Shown: positions 38,920-52,027 of the stretch, piece by piece
How the letters are laid out: each line of letters begins with the position of its first letter
Position numbering within the stretch: the stretch's first letter is position 1
NCBI RefSeq assembly: GCF_006345805.1
Contig: NC_042999.1
Location: 92,504,001 to 92,568,000, forward strand
Reading direction: 5' to 3'
DNA length: 64,000 nt
DNA from: Octopus sinensis
Lineage: Eukaryota
The notes under the pieces: model-generated
Seen by the model: the letters and a program-made list of their open reading frames with translations, nothing else
What the model was told of the DNA's origin: nothing
Databases searched by the model: none
Made by a program: the position numbers and the translations under genes

Positions 38920-39133
38920 TTTACTCTTTTATTTGTTTCAGTCATTTGACTACGGCCATGCTGGAGCACCGCCTTTAGTCGAAAAAATCGACCACAGGAC
39001 TTATTCCATGTAAGCCTAGTATTTATTCTATCGCTCTCTTTTGCCGAACAGCTAGGTTACGGGGACGTAAAAACACCAGCATCGGTTGTCAGGCAATGAT
39101 GGGGTGGGGTGGTGGCAGAAATACAGACACACA

Positions 39134-39176
<43 letters not shown>

Positions 39177-39325
39177 GATGGGCGTCTTTCAGTTTCCGTC
39201 TATCAAATCCACTCACAAGGCTTTGATCGGCCCGAGGCTATAGCAAAAGACACATGCCCAAGGTGCCGCGCAGTGGGAGTGAAGCCGGAACCATGTGGTT
39301 GGTAAGCAAGCTACTTACCACACTC
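38920..39325 (-). mobile_element. SINE family 1, near full length
   Basis: Aligns to 60229-60642. Confidence 0.9.
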
Positions 39326-39326
39326 C

Positions 39327-39540
39327 TTCAAATTTTGGCACAAGGCCAGCAGTTTTGGAGAAGGGAGTAAGTCGATTACATCGATCCTAGTATTCAAATG
39401 GTTCTTATTTTATCGATCCCGAATGGATGAAAAGAAAATGTCAACCTCGGTGGAACTTGAAGTCTGAACGTAAGGACGGATGAAATGCCGCTATGTATTT
39501 CGTCCGGCATGCTAACAATTCTTCCAGCTTGCTGCCTTGT
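39327..39540 (-). mobile_element. SINE family 2, directly abutting the family 1 copy
   Basis: Reverse complement aligns to 19843-20058. Confidence 0.8.
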
Positions 39541-41980
39541 ACAGTTATATATGTTAATACTTGAGACCATACTGATACATATGGTCTAGTATCATAGAAG
39601 CGCTTTTACACAGTAAGGACTGAAATGAAGAATAACACCACATCGGCTCTTCATGTCAACTAATGGTCCTCTGACGTATATGCTGGAATGGAATTTGCAT
39701 CGTGCTGTCGAAATGCTCAGTAAACCTGAATAATGAGTAGTGTTGTATGAATATGTATAGTTTAGGTAGGTATTATTCCAAAAATTACAGTTACAGAAAT
39801 TCATCAATACAATAAATATAAAATCGAAGATTTTCATCATGTCTACATGTTTCACCGAGAAGCTGAAAATCACATTACTGAAACTATTACTTTCAACAAT
39901 CGCATGATTTCTAAACATCCACATTCATATATCTTCTTGTCATGAAATATGTCTAAAAACAACCCTGCATTTTGCACGTAAACGTGACTATTAAATTGCT
40001 TAGTAAAAATGAGAAAGAAAAATTCAAATTCACATAACATCTATTCGTTGCCCTCTTCCTAAGGCCTGTTTATACTTTAGAATACTGTCGTAGAACCTGT
40101 TATTAAGATGATCACGTAAACTACACCGTTACAACAGACTGTCACCGCTAACCCTGCAGCAGATAAATAAAATAAGATAAAATAAAAACAAAAAAACAAA
40201 ATGAGTGTTATGGTTTGCCATACTTATGGCAGATCTCCAGCACGAATGCGCAACAGAAAAGAAAAAAGAAAAACGAAATATCATCAGAGTTGACAACAAT
40301 GAATAAAATATCAATATATTGAATTAAGAGACTCATGTGATGAGAAGGAAATAGATTAAAATTGGTTACTGGAACTTTTACCGTTGGAACAAGAATATCT
40401 ATGAAATTTAGTATGATTGCAGTATACAAATAATATTCTTGTCATAATTTAGACCAAATATAATTTGGTCTAAATTATTGGTTCATCATGCTAGTTTTCT
40501 TCATTGATTTATTGGAACTTATCTGTTTTATAGTTAGAGAACCAAAGTAACTATGCTAATACTCTTTCAATGCGTCTCTATGTGTTTTTGTGATAATCTC
40601 AGAATTTAGAAATATATAAACACTACATCATAAGGAAGTGTTGTAAAGTAGTAAACAAACTAATACTTCTAAGTCATATGGTAGGAGAGAAACATCTGGC
40701 AGAATCGAATTTATAATTGGCTTTTGATTCTCTGCATCTACTCAATTTACATCCTTATTTTCACCAGGAAATGAGTGAACTTCACAAGCTTCGTTCAAGT
40801 GCATTATTATGCAGATTCGAACACACGAGGAAAGTGAAATTTGTGTAAGATGTAATTTCTAAAGTGACAAGATCAATATCGAACTAAGAAATTCGCAACT
40901 ACGTAAAACAGGCATAATTCTAATTTGAGTTTTCCAGAAAAATAAACTTATTTCAATTCTAGCTAAAAAGGAGAATGGTACCATGCGAACTATTTGACAT
41001 TATACTAATAATATACATTGAACTAAAACGAGAAGGCGATGGATGTGATATTCGAATAGTGATGTGTGCAATGCATGTTAACAGTTATTTGCTTTGTGGA
41101 TAACTGGATGGTAAAGAGCAGCTTGCAAAATACCTTGTAGTAGTTAACGTACGACCTTTGATGGTTAACTATCAAAATTCAACTGTAATCGATGTTCTCT
41201 CTCATTATTCCATGGTCAGTCAAATACATCCCACCCAAGTACTGGGACTAATGTAATTGGTGCTACCTTGACTCAAAATATGTTGTTGTGTCTACATTCT
41301 ATAAATCATTACATAGTTCTTTAGTCTGTTTTAGTGATCACAAATAAAACCAGGCTAAAACACTGCATTTAAGTGAAGAGTTAATTATTTGTGCTGAATT
41401 GCATGATTTTTCCGACCGACCATCATATCAACATAATATCATGATTATATTATTAATTCCATTAATGCGCTTTCTGTTATTGTACAGTTGATTATAAAAG
41501 CTATTACTTTATTAAGGTATTACTTCCAAGATATCTGGTTGAATAGAACAATATTGTTGAGGAAAATACGCCAGGAGAGAGTTATGTGCAACCTTGCTGA
41601 TTAAATAAAAGATTGACGAAAAAGAAAATCAAGGTGTCCCGAACAGACGGAATTTCATTTTGTCAGCCGGCAGGAAAAACTTAATTCTTTTTGGTTTATT
41701 TTATCTATGGAATTTAAATTACTTTCCTGAAAAGACTGAGAACGATAAATACAAAATAATAAGTATTGTGGTACAATCCTGAATAAAAGAGCTACCTAAT
41801 AATTACAATGCTGACAATAATGATGTTGTTGCACTCCGAAGTAACTATACCAGTGATAGCGCTGCTATGAAATCATTGTAACGAGGATAAATAAGGTTGA
41901 AATCATCATATTTCAGGTTCTAGATTCTTTACAGCGGTTTTACTTCGTTCATAAATTATGTGCCTAATATAACCTTTGAA

Positions 41981-42305
41981 GGCACATGACTAAGTGGTTA
42001 GAGTATCAGGCTCACAATCATGAGCTAGTGAGTTTGATTCCCGGACTGAGCTGTGTGTTGTGTTCTTGAGAAAGACACTTTATTTCACGTTACTCCAGTT
42101 CACTCAGCTGTAGAAATGAGATGTGACGTCACTGGTGCCAAGCTGTATCGGCCTTTGCTTTTCCTTTGGCTGACATCGGCAGTGTGGAGAGGGGAGGTGG
42201 GTATGCGTGGGTGATTGCTGGTGTTCCATAAACAACCTTGCCCAAATTTTTACCTTGGAGGGTAACATTCTAGGTACACTCCCATGGTAATTCATGACCG
42301 GAAGT
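41981..42305 (+). mobile_element. tRNA-derived SINE, family 4
   Basis: A-box-like TGACTAAGTGG and B-box-like GAGTTTGATTCC, followed by GTGTTCTTGAGAAAGACACTTTATTTC; head similar to 63904-64000. Confidence 0.7.
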
Positions 42306-42860
42306 ATCTTTAATATAACCGTATTATACCCAACTTTGTCGCTATCACCATTCTTATCAAAAATAAGAGTCACTCACCACTGTATACACTCATTCAAATT
42401 TTTATCAATTTAAATTTTGGTGTAGCCTTCCTTTCCGTCCTTGGCACGTATTGCCATAACCATTAATTATTCTTAGTTAAAGAAAACATAATAGAATCAT
42501 TATTACACTGCTTAATAAATTCAAGCATATACATTGCTTCCTTATTGGCATATTGTTTACCATTGAATCTGAGGATGGCCACGTTCCTCTTTGTAAGTGA
42601 CTCCTTTGTTTAATCAAAATCCAATTCTTGTACATGTTTGTTTGGAAACTCCATGTGTAAATACATGCGTATGCCTCTATTCACTTTTCTCATGGTAATG
42701 CAAAGTGCATTTCACCTCAGTATATCTAGTCCCCTACACCTGCGGGACCCCGAAATGAGCTGCGAGTAAATGATTCCTCACTCTCTTTTAGAGTTGATTT
42801 TCCTCCATTTCCATGTCTTTGAACTGCTTTTTTCGTCAAAAGTCTGAACCTTAAACATAG

Positions 42861-43324
42861 ATGTAATGTGATTATCAATCTGAATATGCTTGGGGCAAAT
42901 TCAAACAGGTGAACATGCTACTCATTGCGTTTTGTCACGGAAAATATATCCAGTTTGTTGATAGATGGTGGGTATACACCTATATCATTTCGTAGCGCCA
43001 CCTACGCAGACCATGAAATGCAAGCATTTCGGAGTAGTTATCTCCTCTTCGGTCATGGACATCAAGCAGGCGGCGCTACGAGCTGATTGAAGAGACTGAC
43101 TCTCTTATGGTTTTCTAGTTGCCATACGGCGATTGGCAGTGCTATGCGGCGGCTCACTGTAAATAAATTACAGAGGGGGAGTGCTAAGCAGTGATTAGTA
43201 AAATGTAATGTTATTACCTGTCTGAATATGCTTGAGGCACATTTGAACCCGGTCAACAGGTTACTTATTGCGTTTTGTCACGGAAAATATATCCCGTTTG
43301 TTGACAAATGGTGTGTATACACCT
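42861..43324. repeat. Direct repeat of about 120 bp (42861-42981 and 43203-43324)
   Basis: ATGTAATGT.ATTA....TCTGAATATGCTTG.GGCA...ATTGCGTTTTGTCACGGAAAATATATCC.GTTTGTTGA.A.ATGGTG.GTATACACCT occurs twice. Confidence 0.85.
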
Positions 43325-43734
43325 CTGTGATTAAACATAGGTGTGACAGACTGTTGTGGATAATATACGAGAATGGCGCGAGTCAGTCGTGTACAATATA
43401 TAACATATACGTCGGCTCAATTTTGAAGGTTCTGATTCGCCAGAGAAGTATTTTTTTTTTTGGTATAATCGTTTCTCGCGCAGACACACAGACACATGTT
43501 TTAGTAGCTGGATGTGGTCGTGATGGGTTACCATATACTAGGAAATTAGTGATCACCTCAACACCAATAATTCTTTAACGGACAAGCGTTTATTTTTGGC
43601 GCATATCGGAAAGACAAAGGGAAAGTAATAAAATGGGCCTGCTGAAGAATATTTAGAATCGGAAGGAAATGTGATATAAGCCAGTGCCTCTCTATCTGTG
43701 TCTCTCTTTTTCTCTCACTATCTCTCTCCATATG

Positions 43735-43782
<48 letters not shown>

Positions 43783-43809
43783 GTGTGTATGTGTGTGTAT
43801 GTATGTACA

Positions 43810-43866
<57 letters not shown>

Positions 43867-46537
43867 ATATTCATACATATATGTATACAAATGCATATAT
43901 ATCAATGCAATACATACACATAAACTCGCAGACAATATAATTTTCAAGTAATATTACATCAGATGATGTAAGATATTAGGTACATACAATTAGTGTTCAG
44001 GCTGACTTCCTGCCTAGTGGCAACTTAATACCTAAAATGCAGGGATGTCATCGCTGCCTAATATAGATTTGATGTAGGCATTATTTCAATCGTGCTGGTA
44101 GATATAGTATAAAATAAAAGTATAGGCGGGTAACTAACTGGTATCTATTTAGATTATAGCATGTATACGTTTATATTTTTATACAACTTTAATGTAAAAA
44201 AGGATGTTGCAGGTGTTTAAATCACAAGATAGGTTGATGATTGTTGTGATATATGCTGCTACACTCCCGGAGCAGTTATGAAGTATGTCCGAAATATTGG
44301 TATTAGATAGTAGGTTGAGACAGATCAACATAGGTAAAAATCTAAGCAGGAAAGAAAAGAAGGGTGAAGTCGAGCAAGTAGATCCTTACGACTGTTTCAT
44401 GAATAGATGTACAGTTGGCGTAATTCCCTACCAGCAGTCCGCAACTAGCATTTCTGTGGCTGAGGAAAAATGTGTGATTCACTATATACTATATACGCAT
44501 AAAATGCTTTCACTTGCAAATACCTCCCTTCCACACACATATATATAAGTACATGCATATTTACGCATTATATATATGCTGGGCCATTGAATTCTCTGTG
44601 TTCATTCACCCTTGGACGGATTTTGATTTTATCTGTATCCGACATTCAATCTAAATGCTACGTTTGTCCCCAAGTAGGCCCAGTGGCGTTGCTGGTTTAG
44701 TCGCGTACGATCCAGCCAAGCAACATTTTGGACAGGATTATATGTTGCCTGTAGCACTAACGAGTAACCTAACAGTATACATACACAAACGCGTACGCAT
44801 ACATACATACATACATACATACATACATACATACATACATACATACATACATACATACATACATGCATGCATGCATTCACTCTGACAGAAGGGAGATAGG
44901 CAGATATTCGTGGCTAAATATGTTTTTGCTTTTCTCTGTAAGCTTCCTATTATCTCTTTCTCCTCTTTTTACCGATCCCATTCCTTTTTCTTTCTGTCTA
45001 TAAATAAATAAATACATACATAGACACACATACGCACACACTCACACACATGTATCAAGACATATTTATTGGCACTAACACGCAAATCATGTGTAACGAT
45101 ATATAATAATATAACTACACACACACACACAGAAGCTCACACATATGTATATATTACTCACAAACACTCTGTTTAAACAGAAGACCACATTAAATCTAAT
45201 TAAATTGTTAGTTATCTTTAAAAATATTTTTTAAAAAGTAGGAAAGAAAAGAAGAAAACAATACAGAAACATAACAGAAAGGAAGAACAGAAAATGGAAG
45301 ATAAAAGAATCTAGACATGAAGAATTCTTATCTAAGAATAAATGCGTGCGTGTTCTGTAATTACGGTTTCTTGCGAATTTGGAAAACTCAACATCTATAA
45401 ATATTGCTCTATAAATACTTCAGATGTTAGGTCAGACCAGACCAGATGAATATTGATTTTTACATCGGATTTACTGTGCAAGTTCTCCAAGAATTTTCCA
45501 GAAAAATACAATAGTTTTCTTAGAAAAAAAAAAAACCCACATTAAATAAATAAATAAGATAAAACATATAAATAAATAAAAAGATAAAATTTTTGAAAAA
45601 TTATGACAGCTTTTAAGACGAATTCTGACATCTGTTTTTGAAGTTGAGTTGGGAATTCTAAGATCCAAGACACGCGTTTGCTATTACTAAGACACGTTAG
45701 ATTCTAATGCTAAGTGTTGCATTTGATGTTATTCATGTTCTTGCTGCTGCTGCTGTTACCGTTGCTGCTGCAGTTGTCATCGTTGTTGTTGTTCTTTAGA
45801 AGACCTATGATCAAAAGCATTCCAGTCGTGACCACTCTAATTATAATATTTAAAGTACGGCATACCCCAAACTTTCTTATCTAATGAGTCATTCTTTTAT
45901 TTTCAAAACCACGCAGGGTGATTCTATGAGGATTTGACTGCTATTTCTAGCATAACATGTGACCACGAAGACACTCCATTATAATCTCATGAAACAGTTT
46001 TATGTTTCTGGTTGTTGTTGGCGTTGTTATTGCTTAATTGTTATTCTTAATTGTTGTTGCAGAATTTCAAGTGCAGTTGCTATTGGTTTCGTTAATCTTA
46101 CAGCTAAGTCTTACCAAATTACTCAATTGTGCATGTGACATTCAGAAACTTAATCTCTTTAAATCTTTTCAAAACGGTTTATTTAAACATACTTTCTCAC
46201 ACCTTTTCTTTGTCACTTTCCTCCATTTTATTTTTATTCATTCTTTCTTCTGTTCTTATCTTACGATCGTTATTTTATTTCTTTTGTTTCTTCTTTTGTT
46301 CAGGTATTATTTGCTTTATCATATTTTCACTTTCTTTTATAATTCATTTTAGATTAATTCATGTTTTTTTTTTCATTCAAACATTTTAAAATTTCATTGT
46401 CTTGATTATGGTTTTTTCATTGTCCTTTATCTAATATTCTTGTCTCTCTAACACTCTCCTATTACCCTCACACTCCATCTCACTCTCACACACCCTCTCT
46501 CCCTCACGCCCCCTTTCTTTCTTTCTTTCTTTCTTTC

Positions 46538-46597
<60 letters not shown>

Positions 46598-46858
46598 TAT
46601 CTCTCTCTCTGTCTGTTTTTCTCTCTCTCTCTTTCTTTCACACCATAACTTTCGCTTTTCATCAGTCTTTTCCTTTCTCTCATTTTCATGTTCTTTATGT
46701 TTTTCTCTGTTTCTTTCAGTTTCCATTTTCTCACCTCCAATGTAAATAAATTATCTCCGCTTACTATTTGTAACTGTTTTTCACTGTCTGCCTCCCCCCC
46801 TCTCTCTCTCTCTACCTCTCTCTCTTTCACCTTGTCCGTTTCTCTCTTATCGTTCCTT

Positions 46859-46904
<46 letters not shown>

Positions 46905-47008
46905 GGGACAAGAACGCAAAATATCCAGACAATTAGGTGACAATTAGAAGTTCCAGATTATCTTTGCAATTTCGGCTGGTTATACACATACATACATACA
47001 CACATATA

Positions 47009-47855
47009 CAGGAGGGTATACTAAAAAGTTCATAGGATGACTATGAAGGAGTGATGCTTGCCTATGAAATCTTGCATACATTAATTTCAAAACTTCTTAT
47101 TAATAACTGCATTGTTTCGTTCCAAGTAAACCGAATGCTCAGAAAAGACTTCAAAAGTAACTGGTTACGACTTCTCTTGAAAATGATCAAAATTTAGCAT
47201 CATGGTGCTATCAAGTACCTGCAGAAAAAAGGTTCAGCTCTTAACAACATTCATACTGACACAGTTGCTACGTTAGGGCATGGCGCTTCAAAAGTGGGCA
47301 TGTAAATTTAGGAGAGGCAGGGAGGTTCTTGAAAGTAACCCAAAGTCTGAGCGTCCTGCAACTGACACCACCGAGGTAAACACTGATCGTGTTCACCACA
47401 TGGTGACGGATGACAAGCGATTGACTATAAATCAAATTGCCAATGCAATTAGCATATATCATGAGAGAGTAGAGAATATTCTACTCTATGCACATGGTAT
47501 GACGATGGTTTCTGCTCGGTGGCCTCCACATCTTCTGACACCTGACGATGACGAAAACGCACAGGGCTGATCATATTACGGAATAATCTGACATTGAGGC
47601 AGATACAGCTGGTTTTCTTGAACGTTTCCTAATCCAAGATGAGTGTTGGCTTCATCATTTTGAGCCAGAGACAAAGAGATAATCCATGCAGCGGAAACCC
47701 GACCTACTCAGCTTCTCCAAAGAAGGCCAAGGCCGTTTCATCTGCAGGTGAGGTGTTGCCCTCAGTCTTTTGCGATGCAAAAGGCAGTGTTGATTGACTA
47801 TTTTCAGAAGGGCCAAACCATCAATGGAGAATACTATGCCACCATGTTGAATTTC
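47009..47855 (+). mobile_element. Truncated mariner (Tc1/mariner) transposon
   Basis: TA followed by a GAGGGT..AAAAAGTTC-type left end; translation gives QKWACKFRRGRE, ARWPPHLLTP (WVPHxL) and QDECWLHHFEPETKR (first catalytic D region), then KGQTINGEYY; right end missing. Confidence 0.9.
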
Positions 47856-48152
47856 TTGTAAATCCTTTTCTTCATGTTTTTCTGTGAAATGATTTAAGAA
47901 TCTGATGTGGTATAATGTAACCGAAGCATCGTTGTATTTTTTGACATTTCTCCTAGTATCCTAATAAAGACAAATTTTCTTCCCAAGTATGAACATACGG
48001 TTTTCTGTGAAATTAAAGCTTAAAAATGTCATTTCCTACCATTGAAAGACGCTTAATCACCGCTAGGTTATAGCTATTTTTCTCCTGAAGTGAATTTCAG
48101 TTCGTTTACGATTGCTTGTGTCCGTCAGGCAGTACATCACCATTTACCAAAA

Positions 48153-48330
48153 GTATGTATGTATGTATGTATGTATGTATGTATGTATGTATGTATGTAT
48201 GTATGTATGTATGTATGTATGTATGTATGTATGCATGTATGTATGTATGTATGTATGTATGTATGTATGTATGTATGTATGTATGCATGTATGTATGTAT
48301 GTATGTATGTATGTATGTATGTGTCTATGT
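48153..48330. repeat. (TATG)n microsatellite
   Basis: Direct reading. Confidence 0.95.
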
Positions 48331-48842
48331 ATGTATATATTTGTGTATATGTATGTATGTATGTACATATGTATTTATGTGTTTGTGTGTGATGTGTGTG
48401 TGTGATGAGACGTGCATACGGAAGTTCTATACAATATGTTTCAAAATCGTATTTAGTTACGCTGCAAAAAAATAGACATTCGGCTATGAGTTAGGAAACG
48501 GTGATAAAACTATGAGAGTATGAAATATACTGTACATGACTTACGCATAATATTTATTCATAAACATACTCCGTTGATTCCCTTGTCGCCTATACTCAGC
48601 CACCGTCTTTTGCTAATATGTAAATTCGCTTTTCTTTTCATAATTTTGTTGACACCTTCTATAGGAAGCTGTGAGTTTCTTTATTTTAGCAACTGTAAGT
48701 GAGATAAAAGAACAATACTGCGTCTGATGAGTCATAATCGAAAGACAGTACTAGCCAGTTCAGTCCTCGTTTCATGCTAACAAATTCCCAATGGTTCATT
48801 CATGTGATTTATTTTCATAAGGTGAGGAAATATTTGTTAAAC

Positions 48843-49143
<301 letters not shown>

Positions 49144-49145
<2 letters not shown>

Positions 49146-49210
49146 GGCGGTGCCCCAGCATGGCTACAGCTCATGAGCTGAAACTAAAAAATCAAAAATC
49201 AAAATCAAAA
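49144..49210 (+). mobile_element. Isolated SINE/LINE 3' tail stub
   Basis: GGCGGTGCCCCAGCATGGCTA-CAGCTC-AT-GAGCTG-AAAC plus A-rich tail; same architecture as the SINE family 1 tail. Confidence 0.7.
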
Positions 49211-49274
49211 ATATAAACATATATGAATATGGTACTTAAGTTGAGGCACCAGAATTTAAAATATGGTAATTGAA

Positions 49275-49515
49275 ATCAAAATAAGCAACAAGGATATCCA
49301 GAGGTAATGCAGTACGATCGTTTCATGCGACTCCATTTAGTTGAACAATTCAATCCTTACATCAATTTAAAATGTAGAGCAATCTTCAGCTCTTCAATCT
49401 TCAAAGTAGATTGCTCTACATTTTAAATTGATGTAATGATTGCATTGTTCAATTAAAATGGGGTCGCATGAAACGATCGTACTGCATTACCTCTGGATAT
49501 CCTTGTTGCTTATTT

Positions 49516-49519
<4 letters not shown>
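49275..49519. repeat. Long inverted repeat (fold-back), arms 49275-49385 and 49408-49519
   Basis: Arms of about 111 bp with about 5 differences counted by eye; 22-bp spacer; each arm carries GAAACGATCGTA. Confidence 0.95.
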
Positions 49520-49582
<63 letters not shown>

Positions 49583-49584
<2 letters not shown>

Positions 49585-50190
49585 CTGCTGTGATGAAGTA
49601 ATGAGGGCTTCCACCTTAACTCTGCCAATACTGTACAGGATCTCTACGGAAGGAATATGATCTTGCGGTCTGATATGTAAGATATAGCGCAGATGACGAA
49701 GATGGACTCGTGTCAGGGCCTTGATGTGCCTGCTGTATAGAGTCATGCATTCCCTGGCATAGAGGAGGCAAGAGAGCACTGCAGCATTGTACACTTTTGT
49801 CTTTGTACTGTGAGCAATGTCATGGAAGCTCATAGACGCTTCGTGACAGAATCAAAAGCCTTTTTGGTAGACTGTATTGACCTCTCAATATTGAGGTCAG
49901 AAGAGTTAGTCACTGAGCTGCCGGGATAGTTAAAAGCCTCTTTGTAGTTTAGGGCTCTCCGTGTACCGTCACTAGTTCGGCTCTCTTGATCTATTAGACA
50001 TCTAGGGGTGGGGAGCTGGGAGAACAGCTTTATTTTTGAGGCGTTGATCTTGTGACCAGACATGTCTACTGCACAAGAAAACCGTTCCACTACGAGTTAC
50101 ATGTTCTCAATTTTGCTTGCCACGAGTGATGAGTCGTCTGTGTAATGCAGCTCCCTGACACACATTTTCCTGACTTGAATTCTCTTGAAT
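49583..50190 (-). mobile_element. RTE-clade LINE reverse transcriptase fragment
   Basis: VRELHYTDDSSLVA, SGHKINASKIK and TKTKVYNAAVLSCLLYARECMTLYSRHIKALTRVHLRHLRYILHI. Confidence 0.85.
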
Positions 50191-50448
50191 TCTCACGTGT
50201 TAGTTATGTTACGCTTATTACAGTTGTGTAATGGAATAAGAAAATAATTCCATCATAGCGAGTGTTTTAGGAACTTTTCTTGAGCAACTCTGATGAGGTT
50301 TTTCTTATTTTTAAGCAGCTGAATTATTTGAATTTGTGTTTCCAGGAAGATCGGAACGATATTAAAGTTGCAGGAAGACTGTACAATGGTGTATTTGAAT
50401 TATTTCTAAGACTCTGCAAATTTCCTTCTCAAAAGAGAAAGGCACGTT

Positions 50449-50589
50449 TTCATTCAGTACTTATAAGTTTTAAAGAAAAGTTTTATGAATGTTATTCATT
50501 CAGTACTTATAAGTTTTAAAGAAAAGTTTTATGAATGTTATTCATTCAGTACTTATAAGTTTTAAAGAAAAGTTTTATGAATGTTATTC
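50449..50589. repeat. Perfect 46-bp tandem triplication
   Basis: TTCATTCAGTACTTATAAGTTTTAAAGAAAAGTTTTATGAATGTTA starts at 50449, 50495 and 50541. Confidence 0.95.
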
Positions 50590-51456
50590 GCTTTCCAGAT
50601 ACCAATAGCAATCGGATGATCGATCCTTTTCATGTAAATGACAAAAATTAAATATATTTAACTTCAAATGGAGAAAATATTCATGTCAAACTTTCGTGTG
50701 ATTCATCTCTAAGGTCAAGTTTCATCCTGGACGAAATAGCAGATTTTTGATTAAATGAAAAAGATGAGTAAACAGAAATGGAATCTAAAGTCGTGAAATA
50801 TTTACTACATATTTAATATATAATACTATATATTTATGAGAACAGGCTTTCTCTCTGCTGTTTGTATAAAATCCGAATAGAGAAAAAGTATGAATGTGCA
50901 ACCTTATCTCCGCTAACAACTCACTGAAATATAGCCGATAGTATCAACAAAGAAGCATCAACTGTGTCATTAAGCAAGTTTTAATGGCACCTTTCATTTA
51001 ATTGCATATTTAATTATGTAAGCCATACAAATAAAAGATGAAACTACGAAAACGAGTTTGCTCTTATTAATAACAACTTGTCCAGTAAATAGATCTTTTC
51101 AAAGCTTGGTTGTACGCGAAACATTTCATTTACATACAAAGGGCCCTTTGTAGTGATATGTTTGGAACTACTGCAAACACTTTCTGGTGTAGAAATCAAT
51201 ATGTTGGGTAAAGTAGATAAATATATTTAATAAATCAAAAGCTGGCGGCCAACACTAAGTTTTCTCCTTAGCTGGCAAAACTCAGACTGTCAACATTTGA
51301 TATAGTGCATACATACATACGTACATACATACATATATATACACACATACATCCACATATACATACATACATACATACATACATACATACATACATACAT
51401 ACATACATACATACATTCATACAGACATACATGCATACATACATTCATACATACAT

Positions 51457-51770
51457 ACCAATCTTGAGAACTAGGCTTCTCAAAACCAGAAAGTAGAAAG
51501 CTGATTCGAAGACTACAGATCCTATCCATCACTGGGACTGTAAAAATCTCTAAAACTTTCCAGAGAGTTATTATGTCTAGATATGTAAGTATATGCATAA
51601 GAAGACATCCATAAAACACAACATAAAAATCAGAAGGTTGTATCAATACATACATTCACACAAAAATACCCTGCTGTTGATATTGAAATTCTAACGAAGG
51701 AGCCTTGGGTCTAGGTTAGAAAACGATTCTTTCTCTATTGGCAAGAAAGTTTGAAATAAAACTGAATAAT
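51457..51770 (+). mobile_element. 3' end of the R4/Dong-type LINE inserted in (CATA)n
   Basis: ORF end LGFSKPESRKLIRRLQILSITGTVKISKTFQR plus complete 3'UTR; (TACA)n on both sides. Confidence 0.85.
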
Positions 51771-51829
51771 TACATACATAGGTATGTACATACATGCATG
51801 CATACGTACACACACGCATATATGGATGC

Positions 51830-52027
51830 TGTTGTCATCCTGTCAGACTGTTATCACACCCACTCCGGTATAGGAGTATAGTTAGTTAGACAAGACCAAG
51901 ACTATTCACGATCGTCTACTTCGTACTCTCTACTTATACTGACACTGACTGACAGTATTTGTAATGACAACACATACCACTCTTGTCGTGGGAGGAGTGT
52001 GCCATCATTACTATTATCCCCATAACA
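51830..52027 (-). repeat. 3' LTR of the Gypsy element (198 bp)
   Basis: Homologous to 55148-55334; preceded on minus by the PPT CTTAAATGGGGAGT. Confidence 0.9.

Noticed and set aside
39592-39924. 110-aa minus-strand ORF in unique sequence
   Set aside because: No recognisable domain or convincing splice-site pair; length is within chance expectation
42995-43009. CTCF-like motif GCGCCACCTACGCAG
   Set aside because: Only a partial match to the consensus, with no supporting data
48717-48758. CUGAUGAG...CGAAAG hammerhead candidate
   Set aside because: Stem II has 1 bp, stem III has 2 bp and stem I is bulged; not distinguishable from chance
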